A DNA stretch of 63,131 bases from Vermamoeba vermiformis (GCA_045837725.1 JBEWZL010000161.1:1-63131); one strand, 5' to 3'. Positions 25,060 through 38,349 are shown, counted from the stretch's first letter. Notes: a model not told the origin generated them from the sequence alone. Numbers and translations are program-made.

Positions 25060-28000
25060 TTATTTTGTTCCAATCAGATTGACGCGTACTTCGTGCTCGT
25101 CCTCACTTCCGCTGTGATCCATGTAATTTACATTTTTGAGGTTGATGTTGCTGGCAGGAGGCGAGTTGGCACGTGGGTTAGGTACGCCTCGGATCTTGGG
25201 AGGACGCCAAGAGCGCAAGAGCAAGGCAGCCATGACTACGACAAGTGTCGATGAGGCCTCAAGGGCTGCGGCAATGCCTGCGGGCAATGGGGCTTGCGTA
25301 AGTGGGTACATAACACCCGCGGCAACTGCAAAAAAGCAAGGTTAGGATAAACTGTCAAACAATTTGACACGTGTCAAAGATGATTTTTTCACGCGTCACT
25401 TAAAAATATCAACCTCGGTCTCAAGACGCAATTTAACTTTAAAAAGTTTGAAGGTGTCAAACACCCACAACAAGACTAACTTTTCTTTGACACGTGAAAT
25501 TTTGTGACACGTGTCAGATGAGGGGTTGCTGAGGTACTTACTTGGCACAGCAATAACGTTATAAGCTAGAGCCCATGTAAAGTTGAACTTGATGCGTCGG
25601 AAGACAGTGCGCGAGAGGTCAAGCGATGACACGACATCGGTCAACTGAGATTTCATCAACACAATGTCCGCACTCTCGCTCGCAATGTCAGATCCGCTGC
25701 CCATGGCAATGCCAACATTAGCTTGGGTCTGTTCATATCATAAGCATTAGTACATTGATATTATTAACCGTATAACCCTTACCAAGGCAACAGAATCATT
25801 CACACCGTCGCCGACCATAGCAACTTTGCGTCCGTTATCCTAGAGAGTAAAGGCTTAGCACGAGCAAAAATAGATAAAACGCACGACTTACTTGCAACTC
25901 TTTGACTTTTTGAGCTTTTTGTGAAGGCAGAACGTTGCCCATGACTTTTGTAATGCCAAGTTGTTTGCCAAGGGCTGAGGCAACACGATGATGATCACCA
26001 CTAATGATCCACGGTTCGATATTGAGTTGCTTGAGCTTTTCAATAGTGGCCGTGGCTTCGGGCTGAAAAAAAATTGTCAATAAAATTTGTAGATGTGGAT
26101 CCGATCCGAATTTGAACGCGCAACAGAGACCCAAAAAGGTTAATAATAAGCGTTACTAGGCAAAAGTAAAAAAAAAAAAAGAGCACAACACCTCCGATTC
26201 CCAGGTAGTCTCCTACCCCAGTACTAAGAAGGCCTGAACAAGCTTAACTTCGCTGATCGGACGGGAAGCGGTGCATTCTTGTTAGTGTGGTCGTGCCCGA
26301 GACGCTTTGCAACGTCATGCTCGGGTCGCCACTTGCCACTACCAAGAAAACCCAGCCCAACCAGCGCAGGTCACAACTTGTGGTGCGTGTACTCAAGCTG
26401 AGAAGTGGATCTACTTACGCGAATAGTATCAGCGATGGCGATAATACCAACGATGGTAGAATCGACGCAAACGATCATTGTGCTCTTGCCGTAATCGTAA
26501 AATCGGGTCATTTGCTGCTCAAACTTGGCGTTGACTTCGACTTGGTTGTCAGCCATTAATCTCACGTTGCCAATCAAAACCTTCTTGCCCTCCCATATGC
26601 ATGAGATACCCTTGCCAGGGATTGCCTAAAAAGGAAAGTTAGAATAGCCGCAAAGCTTTGGTATCAAACGTACCATGAAGTTTGAGACGCGGTTCAGTGC
26701 GATGTTTCTGGCCTTGGCGTAGTTAACTACAGCGCGTGCCAATGGGTGCTCACTTTCAGCTTCACAGGAGGCGGCAATCTGAATCACACTATCTTCATCG
26801 TAGTTCGCGTAGTTGAATGTGAGAACATTGGTAACGTTCAGTTGTCCCGTGGTCAGCGTGCCTGTCTTATCAAACACAACTGTGTCCACGGCGTAGGCGC
26901 TCTCGAGGGCAGCTCCACTCTTGATAAGAATACCTCGACGAATACCAACACTTGTTCCGACCAACTGAAACCAAAATAATCAGATTCAGATCACGAATCT
27001 CGAAGTTCTCCGTAGTACTTACAACTGCAGTAGGTGTGGCAAGACCAAGAGCGCAGGGACAAGCCACTACCATGACCGCAATGGCGTTCAAAAGAGCAAA
27101 GACGAAGTTCTTTGAGAAAGGTGCGTCAGGTCCGTATGGCAAAACAAGGTTGAAGTGGATCAACAACATCCAGCCAACAAAAGTGATGATGGACAAGGAA
27201 AAGATCAAAGGAACGAAAACATTGGATATTTTGTCGGCAAAGCGCTAAAAAAGATCAGTCAGTTCGGTTCTTAGAGATTCGGGTGTTAAATCTGACTTCG
27301 ATCTCGTGCTAACGCAATATGAAATGTGGCTATGTTACCTGAATTGGAGCTTTGGTAGTTTGAGCAGTTTCGACCATCTTGATAATTTGTGCAAGCATAG
27401 TCTCATTGCCAACTTTGTCAGCGCGGATCAGCAGTGTGCCATTAGTGTTGATTGTAGAGCCCACAACTTGGTCTCCAACTCGCTTAGTAACAGGAAGGGC
27501 CTCACCTGGAGATTAAACGTTAGTTAGAATCTCCCAAGAACAAAATCAATTTGGATCAAATCCGGATGTGGGCACGAAAAAATTTCTTACCAGTAATAAT
27601 AGATTCATCAACAGAGCTTTCTCCAGCAACTACAGTGCCATCTACTGGCATTTTTGAGCCAGGATAGACCTTCAAAATGTCGCCGAGTTGAATTAACTTG
27701 ATGCTGATCTCCTCCTCCTGCAGCTGCGCATGAACTCTGTTGTTGAAGTTTGTATTGTTAATTGAGTTGAAGTTGGTGACTAATACACCCGTCGAGGCTT
27801 GAAGTTGAGGCAGCTTTCGAATGGCCTCAGCTGTTTTGCCCTTCGAAATATTTTCGAGGACTTTGCCCAAGAAAATAATGTTGATCAAAATGCCGCATTC
27901 TACGAATAAAATATCGCCTTCGTAATTCTCTAACGCAACTGATAGGATCAGCGTGATGACGGAATATACAAACGCAGATGTGGTGCTCAAGGACACGAGC

Positions 28001-29538
28001 ACATCCACGTTAAGTCGTTTATGCTTCAAGGCGTTGAAAGCTCCTTGATAAAAGCTCAATCCAATCCAGAACTAAAGCAATAAATCAGTTTATTGCCACG
28101 GCTGCGACAGAAATCGAAAAAAATGTTGTTACCTGCATCGGGATTGTCAATATGAACTGGGCTATGCCATTAATGGTTAGGTTTTTATATACGCTGTGGT
28201 TAATGAAGTCGTCGGTCTCTATTAACAATACGATTAGTAAGATCTTTTACATGTATGTGAACCGCTGCAGACTCGGTTAAAGATCCCGTGTCACACGACA
28301 TCCAGTATGAAACAGAACCGTACCTTTCCAAATAGGCAAGACCCATTGCAGTAGCACCAATGGTATGACGAATATTAAAGAGATGAAGAACTTCCTCAGA
28401 AGCATTTTACGCTTCTTGTATTGTTTGTCTTCTTTTTCGGGCTTTTCATACAGCTCTACTCGTTGCTGCGTCTAAAATGATACGATTAATATCGACATAT
28501 ATACATGCTTAGTATTAGTTTTACGTACTTTATCTGTTATCTGCCGAATCAGGTCGCGGATGCCGACAATTTTGGTATTGTACTCGATCTCAGCCACACG
28601 TTGTTTCAGCTTCAAATGAACGTCATAGACACCAGGAATTGACTTGATGGTGTTAAATATATTATCTTCATTATGCTCGTCTAAACCGCTGAGCTTAAAA
28701 TCGATTCTAGTTCTGTTTCCCTGGTTGATCGGTCAGATCTGTTAGCAAGTCTGAAAATACTACGAGAACACGCTTACCTCTGCATGTATCTTATCGTACA
28801 CGTGGCATCCAATTTCTTCGAGCTCTTTGATTATTTGGTCGTCCTACCGAATCACAAGTGTCAAATAAAGTTCTGTCGAAAGATCTGCACCAAAAAAATA
28901 CGCCACGCGAATTTTGTGAGATAATTACTTTTCCTCGATATTTTCAAAGCGATAATATGATGGAAAGAAGTTTAGGTAGAATAATCAGATCTGGATTCCT
29001 ACCTTCGTGACCAGTGTGTCATAATGAATATAAACTCTTCGAGTATATAAATTTAGACTGGCTTGCACGACGCCCGTAAGGTCCTTCAAGCTATTTTCGA
29101 CGGATTGAGCGCACTCAATGCAATCCACTCCTTTAAAACGAAATACAACGGATTTGAGACTGCCTGTAATTGCAAAAATGAGTGACATATATCCAATAAT
29201 ACAACTATTATATTATTATTACCTTCTTCTTCCTCGCAAATGTGGAATCCTTGGGCTTCCGGATGCTTCTCGCAAACGGCTAGATCGCAAAAAAAATTAA
29301 TTTAAATGCCAAAAAATCAAATAAACGTTCAAGGTCAATTCTATTATTTACCTCCAAGATTTGGCATTGCGTCAATGTGTCCATTGCTCAGCTTCATGAA
29401 CTTTTTGGATTTCTTTTTTTTGTGTCCATGCCCGTGTTTCTTGCCATGCTTATGATCATGATCGTGGTCGTGGTCATGGTCATGGTGTTTATGATCATCG
29501 TGCGGTGCGCACAGAGCTTCTTCGTCCGACGAGCACAT
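25060..29538 (-). CDS. P1B-type heavy-metal-transporting ATPase (copper-ATPase-like)
   Basis: His-rich N-terminus, HMA domain [48 protein letters not shown] and WALAYN. Confidence 0.93.
25363..25517. repeat. ~155 bp imperfect inverted-repeat element in the last ATPase intron
   Basis: Left arm TGACACGTGTCA..TTTCACGCGTCA matches the reverse complement of the right arm, TGACACGTGTCA..TTTCACGTGTCA. A perfect 16-bp palindrome lies at 25363-25378. Confidence 0.6.
26180..26298 (-). rRNA. 5S rRNA: 5S rRNA gene inside an ATPase intron (26063-26418)
   Basis: Reverse complement GGGCACGACCACACTAACAAGAATGCACCGCTTCCCGTCCGATCAGCGAAGTTAAGC...TTAGTACTGGGGTAGGAGACTACCTGGGAATCGGAGGTGTTGTGCTC, about 119 nt. 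Helix I GGGCACGAC/GTTGTGCTC pairs, and a T13 Pol III terminator follows. Confidence 0.97.
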
Positions 29539-29821
29539 CTGGATCTGATCTTAGGTGAACGAACGTAGTGATTGATATTGCACGAGGCCGGAGCCAATTC
29601 CTCGAACGTTCGTGGTAAAGATACGCTTCGTAAAATAACACTATTGAAATTTTTGTTCGTGTCACTTTGAGAACAGCCAAAAAAATGTGACACGTGGTTG
29701 GTACTCGCGGGCAAGCGTCTAACTAACTTGCTGGGTTAAACAAATCTTTAATCAAAACTTCTTTTTCCAGATTAATGTGAAACTGCTAAAAATGGATCCG
29801 CCCGATACTTTCCACCACAAT

Positions 29822-32800
29822 TTAAAGTTTGGCCTTCTTCAGTTGCTTCTCATATTCAATCTTGGCAATAGTGTTGATGTGGACTTCATCAGGGCCATCA
29901 GCAAGTCGAAGAGTTCTAGGAAATGGCGCGATTAGATCCGACCAGATCCGAGTACTGCCCGAGACTTACCTAGCACCAGCATAAGCTTTAGCCAATGGGA
30001 AATCTTCGCAGAGGCCGGCCGCGCCAAAAGCTTGGATGGCACGGTCAATTACGCGGCAGGCCATTGACGGTGCAACGACTTTAATCATGGCAATCTCAGT
30101 GCGGGCAATCTTGTTGCCGAACAGATCCATGGCGTGTGCAGCCTTGAGGGTCAATAGACGAGCTTGATCAATCTCAATACGCGACATAGCCACGTCGTGC
30201 ATGATTTTGCCGTGTTGAGCAATCTTTTTGCCAAATGTCGTGCGGCTATGAACTCGCTTGACCATGGCTTCGAGCGCACGTTCAGCTAACGAAGCGCTAA
30301 GTTAATAAACGATCCCGCGAGACGAGCTTGTTCAGGGACGTACCTAGACCGATCATTCGCATGCAGTGGTGAATTCTACCAGGGCCTAATCTACCTTGAG
30401 CGATTTCAAAACCACGTCCTTCACCAAGGATGACATTCTTGACAGGCACTCTGACGTTGTCCAATGAAACTTCACAATGGCCTAATAACAACGGGTTTTA
30501 GCACGCGTAGTTGTAGGTGAGAGGAACTTACCATAAGGAGCATCGTCATAGTTAAATACAGTCAAGGGTCGTACTACTTTGACTCCCGGAGTGTCCATTG
30601 GCACGAGGATCATCGAATGTTGTTTGTGGCGCGGTGTGTTTTTATCACCAGTCTTAGCCATGAGAATCATAATCTTGCAGTTAGGGTCTGGCCGACATCA
30701 ATTATTAGCCGTAGCAATTGCATCAAATTTATTCTTGACTTACGACCAGCACCAGTAATCCACCACTTTCGGCCGTTAATGACGTACTCATCTCCTTCGC
30801 GCTTTGCCTCGCAACTAATGTTAGTAGCATCAGATGAAGCCTATGTAATAATATTAATATGGTGCTATATAAAATGGAAGTCAGCTACGTACTACTGCAG
30901 GCTCAGTCATGCCAAAACAAGAGCGGATCTCACCGCGCAAAAGAGGCTCGAGCCATTGTTTCTTCTGTTCAGCATTACCGTAGTTTTCTAACACTTCCAT
31001 ATTGCCAGTGTCAGGAGCATTGCAGTTGAAGATTTCAGGCGCAATGTCAGCGGATCTGCCCGTGACCTCGCAAATGATGGCGTACTCCAAGTTTGAAAAT
31101 CCAGGGGCACCGTGTACGGCGTGAGGCAAAAATAAGTTCCAAAGGCCCTTTTGCTTAGCTTTTTCTTTTAGTTCTTCCACGAGCGGAACAACTTGCCATC
31201 TGTTTTGACGGTTGTTGATCTCGTGTTCAATCTTTCTTTCACTGAAAAACGCGTTTTGTGAGTTATAAACGCATTAAAAAATAAGGAGATCAACATACTT
31301 AGGATAGATGTATTGTTCCATAAACTCTTCAACTTCACGACGAACTTTTTTCACGCGATCTGAAAAGTTGAACAGAGCCAAATCAATCTACAACACTCAT
31401 TAGAATATATGCTCAAATATATATATAATAGGTCTTAACGAATATGATACGTACTGAAAGAGTGTCAGCCGAGTTGACAATTTCCCAAGCACGATCTGCG
31501 AACCACTCGGCAAAAGAACCCACAGCCTTGCCATCAGCGCTGCTAGCATTGCCTTGCAAGGCACGTTTGTAAACTCCTTGAAGAATTGCAGACATTCTGA
31601 ACAGACTGAACGCTACGTAGTATGATAAGTTTGGAATCGAAGATTTGTGTCGCAATTTGCAATACATCGCCACGTATTCATCTACGGATAACGCAAGATA
31701 TACATTAATATTTCCTTATTTGGCAATATCGTTGTGTTGTTACCTTGTGTGGGAATTCCATTCTTTTTGAAGTTAAATTCTCCGAAGCCATTTAAAGGAA
31801 CCTTTGCTGGCAAACGTGGTAATTGATATGGCATACAACTATATATAAAATTATTACTAGCATATGAGTTACTAAGCAGTGATTCTTACTTATAAGCCAG
31901 ATCTGAGTACGGATGACCGAGTGTGGATAATTCCCAGTCCAACACTGCCAAGACACGTGGTTCAGTTGGGTGATAGATTAAGTTATCAAGTCGATAATCG
32001 CCATGAACAATAGTCACTTCTATAATATAATTATTGAGTATTGTTTGCTGCAAATAAAAACTTTTTCACTCCACAAATTTTCTTATTTGAAGCTCAAAAT
32101 AATTCGGTTTGCAGATTGACTCCCATAATCAACCAAAAGATTATTATATGAACTTATAATACGACAATTAGGATAGTGTATATTTGACTGTCGTAGCTCA
32201 ATAATAGAGCGCTCAACTATTATTAGGGAAACTGTTCGTTTAGTAAATCGAGTGGATGCAGGTGTAAATCCTGCCGACAGTCGTTTTTTTTAAATTACTT
32301 AATAGAAAATATATTATAGACATATATCATTTACAGATAATCATAAGAGATTATAAACTTACCTTCGTTGTCTTTTGGAATATTTTTGGGCAAGTAATCG
32401 ATTAACTTGTTCATCGACGGAATTTCTTTTGTTTTGCTGCTCAAATATTGTTGCGACCAGCGCGCAGTTTGGCGTTCAAAATATTTCTCCGTTGGAGCAT
32501 AGTCACCGAGACCGATCGCTCTAAAGTCCACATCTGCCAAATAACACCGTATTAGTATATGCAGGTACTAATATAGTAATATATCGTATATAAAGTATAG
32601 TTGTATTAATTGTTTTGCGTACTATGAATTTTGGCCAAAGTGTCCGCCATGGATTTGTAGATCGCAGTACGTTCTTCCGGCGAGCATTCTTCTAACGCAA
32701 TATCGCTGGAAACCCATTAATAAGGATGTATAATATATGTTATTGATAGCAATCGCAATGAAATTGCAACAGGTGTACGGATTTCGCATCTATCTGTCAA

Positions 32801-33413
32801 AAAAATTTTCTTGATCTTGAAACTTACCGCAAGATTCGACCTCTTACATATTCCATAACATAGAAAGCTGTTCCTATGATCTCGTTGTCGGTACATAAGA
32901 CGTATGTCTTAGGCACAGGCACGTCTGTTTTGTTCAAAGCATTGATAATTCGATACTCTCGTTCAACCATGTGCTATATCCAAATATCATTAATAATATT
33001 ATTCTCATAATTGATATGAGATTACGGGCAAATATTATGCGGCTTGAATATGAATTTAGAGGATAACGTTTCATTGAATTGAAATAAATATTTTACGGAG
33101 CTGGTAGCGGAGCGAATCCCAATACTTACAGCACTCGGCAATAATTTGCCATAAGGCTTTTTGCGCAATACATATTCTCTGCCAGCTGAATCTTTGAAAT
33201 AGAAAGTTGGATTTGATTGTCCTCCTTTGAATTGCAATATTTCGACAATTGGACCTTTGAAAACGCTGACTGTATTTTTTAAATAATTTTCAAGTGATGT
33301 CTTATCGAATCCTTGGCCTTGACGCACTTCAATAGTTCCAGGAGGTCCAGACTAAAATTGAAAAAATATTATGGCCTGATCTTAAACGCAATGTCATTTC
33401 GGTTAATTACCAT
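29822..33413 (-). CDS. ACAD11: Acyl-CoA dehydrogenase 10/11-like (APH phosphotransferase plus ACAD), peroxisomal
   Basis: [72 protein letters not shown] and a C-terminal PTS1 (AKL*). Confidence 0.93.
32186..32283 (+). tRNA. Degenerate intron-containing tRNA-like gene, anticodon ATT (Asn-like), probably a pseudogene; antisense within an ACAD intron
   Basis: Acceptor (G)ACTGTCG/CGACAGT(C), D stem GCTC/GAGC, anticodon stem CTCAA/TCGAG with one mismatch, a 24-nt insert at the 37/38 position, T stem GCAGG/CCTGC and a T8 terminator. It lacks the D-loop GG and T-loop TTC. Confidence 0.7.
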
Positions 33414-33547
33414 TTTGTCAAATTTAGCACGTTTGTGGTTTACAATAAAATTAGGATCAATAGAAGTGCACAATCGCGGGCCGCTGGAAATTTTATCGGG
33501 TAACAAAAAAATCACGTGATCCAGGGCTTTGATTTTATTCCGCGTTT

Positions 33548-35549
33548 TTATTTTGATTTGTACACCATTATTGAATTATCAGCCTTGGATTTTATCGTAC
33601 TATCTTCACTTTCGTCTGACGAGTCATTTTCATTTACATAAAACTTTCGCTGGCCAGTAGAAACAGCCAAGTAAGGCAATGAAGGGTGCATTGAAACTCC
33701 ATTAACAACATCTATATTATTATTAATATAGGTATGCTATTTTGCTTATTTGTTACCTTTTGTAACGGCGATGGATCCTGCCAATAAACCTGAGCTTACG
33801 TTGTACGCTAATACTTGACCGTCCTAACGGATTTATTAGATATTAATACTAAGGTTTATTATACTATTACCTGAGATGCAGTTATGATGTTCCTACTAAT
33901 CGGATCTATGTCGAAGTACACGCGTTGGTTGGTCCTACACACGCGATTGAGCTGATAAACTGGATTAACCAAATTCCTCATATCCCAACATAGTATTCTA
34001 TTATCTTTTCTTCCTCCACTGAATAAATACGTTCCGTCCAATGAAAATTGGATCTGCCAAAAATGTAAGTCAAGAAATTTCAATAGTTAATTACGTACAT
34101 GTGTGATGCCATTGAGCTGGCCTTCAAGTATGTATATAGGGTCCATCGTCTCCGCTGCATATAATCCTAATCGACCTGTATACGTTCCTGCTGCAAGTAC
34201 AGTGTTTTGTCCGAACTGATAGTTGAACGCCATTGTCGACACAATTCCTAAAAAGGAAATGATCAGACACGATCTGTAAATATCATTTAATAGTTACCAT
34301 GGAGGGAGTACTCAGGAGAGTCCTTAAGCACGGTATTGAATTGCTCACATTCTCGGCCAGGGCTATTGATATCAAACACTCGAATCAATTTGTTGAAACC
34401 AGCATAAATCCTGGAAATAGTCGCAAGTTAAATATAATACCCTTAAATATATATGACGTACTTTGTTCCTTCAGGGTTTACTCGAACAGAGAATGCAGCA
34501 GTAATTTCATCGGCCGAATCAAATGCACGGTAAGTCGCTTTCATCTGTAACTTATCAACACTTGTCTTCAATTGTAAATTAACTTACTTCACCAGTGAAC
34601 GCGTCCCATAGGTGTACTGGATGGTCTTTGCTAGTTGACACGAAAAAGCATGTTTCAGGTCCTGTACAAAAGTCAGCACTTGGTCAAAAAGTTACGTGCA
34701 CGCGCATACTTAATGAGTCCATAAACGGATTCCAAGCAAAGTCATAAATGGGTTCTCCTTCGCTACATATTAACGATGGCCTTGTTGATATGGGCAATTG
34801 TTTGTCATTGAGGTCTTCTTCCAAGGGACTTAAAAAAAAAGTGTTAGATCGCGTTCTGACACTCGCTTAGAATATTCCAAACTTACACGTCATAGACTCG
34901 TAGTATATTATCCTCGCTATTTGCTAATAAACATGTGCCATCGGGGGCCCATTTAACGCCTTTTAAGAAGTTGTTTCGTGGTTTTGCATAAACATCGCTA
35001 ATTTTTGCTATCAGATCTGGTTGGTTCGACCAATTAAATTCTCTGTACACAAACGTCGCATCATTATTATTATAGTAATATTCTGAGCCCTCTACTGCCA
35101 TTGCACTATCTTGTGCTGAATAACTGGTTGTATAATTTTGGAACGATGTATTTGAATTTGTTTCGGTGGCTTGTAATTGCTGTAACAATGCTTTCTTCTT
35201 TGCCTCTAGTGTAGCTTGAATGTCTGTGTAATTATTAGATGCCTCGACAGTGCTACTAGAGGATTTGTCTGTGGATTCAAGCCGCTGTTTCTTTCTCGGT
35301 GGTTCTTCTGTCTTGTCATCTACAAAAAATATTTATAAGGATTATATATTCAATATTAAACGATTTTCACGAGAAAATACTCGTTTTAAGTCGACGGGCG
35401 ATTTTTAAATAATTTTTTGTTGACAAGTCGTAGATCTTGCACTCACCTGATTGTGACTTTTCAGTTGTGCTATTTACATTATTGTTATCACCTTCTTTTG
35501 CTTCTCGTCGTAGAAAATTGAGCAGTCCTGATATTTTTGTTCCTCTCAT
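33548..35549 (-). CDS. WRAP53: Telomerase Cajal body protein 1 (WD40)
   Basis: NNFLKGVKWAPDGTCLLANSEDN, GEPIYDFAW, STSKDHPVHLWDAFTG, LFSGGRKDNRILCWDMRN, TNQRVYFDID and STGQRKF. Confidence 0.92.
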
Positions 35550-35747
35550 CTGATCTGCCACCAACAAAGTTTTTTTTAGATGAACTTTGATTACCTCGAC
35601 ATACGCTAATAATATTGCGATGTATTTGATGTAAATGTGCAAGTGTTACACGTGCCAACTTTTAACAGGTAGCCTTTTTAATCCCTGGTTGATTTTTCCT
35701 TTTTTCACAACCACGCAAGATAATTTGAGATTGATTAGTAGATTGCA

Positions 35748-38073
35748 ATGAGCACCACAAAGCGATCAAAGAAGGATAGTAAGAGCTCTAGCGAGCCTAA
35801 TGGCAATGGCTACACTAACGGGCTCACGAATGGCCTCAACGGGCTTGCGAATGGAAATGGCCACTCAGATGACTTTGCGGAGAAGAGATTGGCAGCAGAA
35901 CAATACTACTTGGACACTTGCGAACGATACAAAGTGCTCCCCGATGCTGCCATTGTCGTAAGTAGTGATTTTAACAAATTCCACCCAAATCCGCAAGATC
36001 TCGCTTGAAATTTATCGGGCAAAAGCCCGAAGCTTGCGATAGATGTATTATAACGGGTCATATCATTTTATATTAATTTAAGACCTATCTGATTGTTTTA
36101 ATACCTTTTCCCGAACTGTTTTTGGTAGCCGCAGATCTACCAAGGTTCCATTTTAATTTTTTTTATCTTTTTTATCATTTAAATATAAAATATAACACCT
36201 ACGCACGCGTAATCTGGTTAACCCACGCGTACTATAGTAACTTTTTATGGATTTACTGTCTTTTATGTGCACCCGATAAATTGGTTATTTATCTTCGCAA
36301 AATTCGACTACTTAACGATAAATTTACATTTACATTTGAAGATCGTAGCTGATCATCAATGTCGATCTTTATAATCACCGGATTCGAAATTTAAATTTAG
36401 CGCTGTTCGCTACGCGGGTCTTAAAACTTCATAATCAGCTTTGTTTTGTGATTAAAGCAATTATAACTTATTTTTGCCCTTCAGATTTCGCTACAAACCG
36501 GAGCCAACGTTATAAAGCCTCGTCGCGTGTACGCAGAAGCCGAGTTTCTTGCTTTGGCCAAGTTCTTAATGATCGAAGGTACGTGCGACTATCATAGGCT
36601 GACGCAGTAATAATAGGATTAAACCGTAATATGACTCTTTTAAGAAAACGAAAGATTTTAATCCTCGTACAAATAGATCTCCCGCTGAAAGTTACGAAGC
36701 TGGATCTGCACAAGAGCAAAATCGGTAAGAATCAATATCATAGTACACGTCATATTATTTGGAGTGCGGTATTAACGAAAATACCAGGATCCAACGGCGC
36801 CATTTTGTTGGCTGAAATTCTGAAAACGAACAAAACGATTACTCACGTTAACATCTCTGAAAATGATATTGGACCACGTGGTACTTATAAGATAGCTGAG
36901 GCTATTAAGCAAAACACGACTTTGACCCGTTTGCAAATGAAAGGAAACAAATTGTAAGATCTGACGGGCCGCTTGCGATTACAAAAATAGTTCTAAAATT
37001 TCTTTTTAGGTTCGTTAAAGGTGCTAAAGTAATTGCCGAAGCAATCGCATCGCCTAATCATGCACTGACTTACGTGGATCTCGAAGACAACTTGCTGTCT
37101 TATGAAGGTGTTACGCAGATCCAAAAGGCCGTTACTGATCGAAACGAAATTAATAAGGTACGTTACAATAGTATAAGCTACGATACAATATTGCATCAGT
37201 ACTTTTGTTATCAATATTCTAATATTTCCTTTGTAGGCGAAAGGACTTCCATCGCTTTACGTCGAGATTGAAAGCAACTTCGTTATCGAAGAAGTATTCA
37301 ACAGCATTACTCACGGCATAGGTATGCATATTACATCGTTTACGAGCGTAAAATCGTTCTAAATTATACGCATCTAGGTGTTTTGCTGGCTCTTTTTGGT
37401 ATTCTCGTCCTTTGCATTGAAGGCCGCTCCTTGTCCTGGGGCATGCAGTCTTCATTATGGATGTACAGCTTTTCTCTATTGTTTTTATATACCATGTCTA
37501 CATTGTACCATAGCTTCTTCAAGTTGGGAATTACGAAAGTTATCTTCCAACGATTGGATCACGCCGCTATTTATTTCTTAATTGCTGGTAAGCTATTCAT
37601 GACAATAACTATCATTTAATTAGCATGTTATACGAGCTCTTTCAGATTTTAATACCTTTTTTTGTGGATTAGGAACTTACACTCCCTTGCTTCAAGTTGG
37701 TTACCCTGATTGGGAATGGAGCTTCTCCCTCCTAGTCTGGGAATGGGGTTGCGCAGTTGTTGGCATCATTATCGACTTATTCTTGCCGCAGTTCTTCTCT
37801 TACACGCTTGCTTTGTACCCGCTCATGGGCTGGGGAGTTGTTCTCGGCGGAAATTCCTTCTTTGAAATAGCAAGTGCGCCAGTTAAGACTTGGTTGCTTA
37901 TTGGTGGTCTGTTCTACACGGGAGGCATTTTCTTCTACAAGAAAGGCGACAGGATCCCGCTCTACCACGCGATCTGGCATTTGTTCGTCTTGGTTGGCAG
38001 CATTGCTCACTGGTTCTGCATCTTCAACCACGTTGTATTAGTAGTCACTGAGAAGCAGCGTCTCGGTGTCTAA
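35748..38073 (+). CDS. RNI-like LRR domain fused to a hemolysin-III/PAQR membrane domain
   Basis: IGSNGAILLAEILKTNKTITHVNISENDIG repeats splice into EEVFNSITHGIG, STLYHS, QRLDHAAIYFLIAGTYTP and HAIWHLFV. Confidence 0.85.
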
Positions 38074-38349
38074 GTAACCAAAATTAGTTTGCTGGACGCA
38101 GATTCAGACCGAAAATTATCTTGTACACATAGAATAGCGGTATTTTCTTGTTCTATACCTATGAATTAATTTATTAAATATGTTTTAGTTAATATGACTC
38201 GTATTGGTTCGTTGTCAATAGTGCCCGATTTTTTTTTATCGTTGTTTGTCGAAACTTTTTGTGGATGAAGCAAACACGCTCCTTCTTACTATAAACACTG
38301 TATATGTCTTGTATAATTTAATATTTAATACTGTAAATATGAAAATATA

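Noticed and set aside
26287-26559. Plus-strand 90-aa ORF
   Set aside because: Antisense to the ATPase exon/intron and the 5S gene start, with no protein features.
32110-32135. TTGA-CTCCCATAA-TCAA hairpin resembling a tRNA-Met anticodon arm
   Set aside because: The loop is too long and there are no D, T or acceptor arms.
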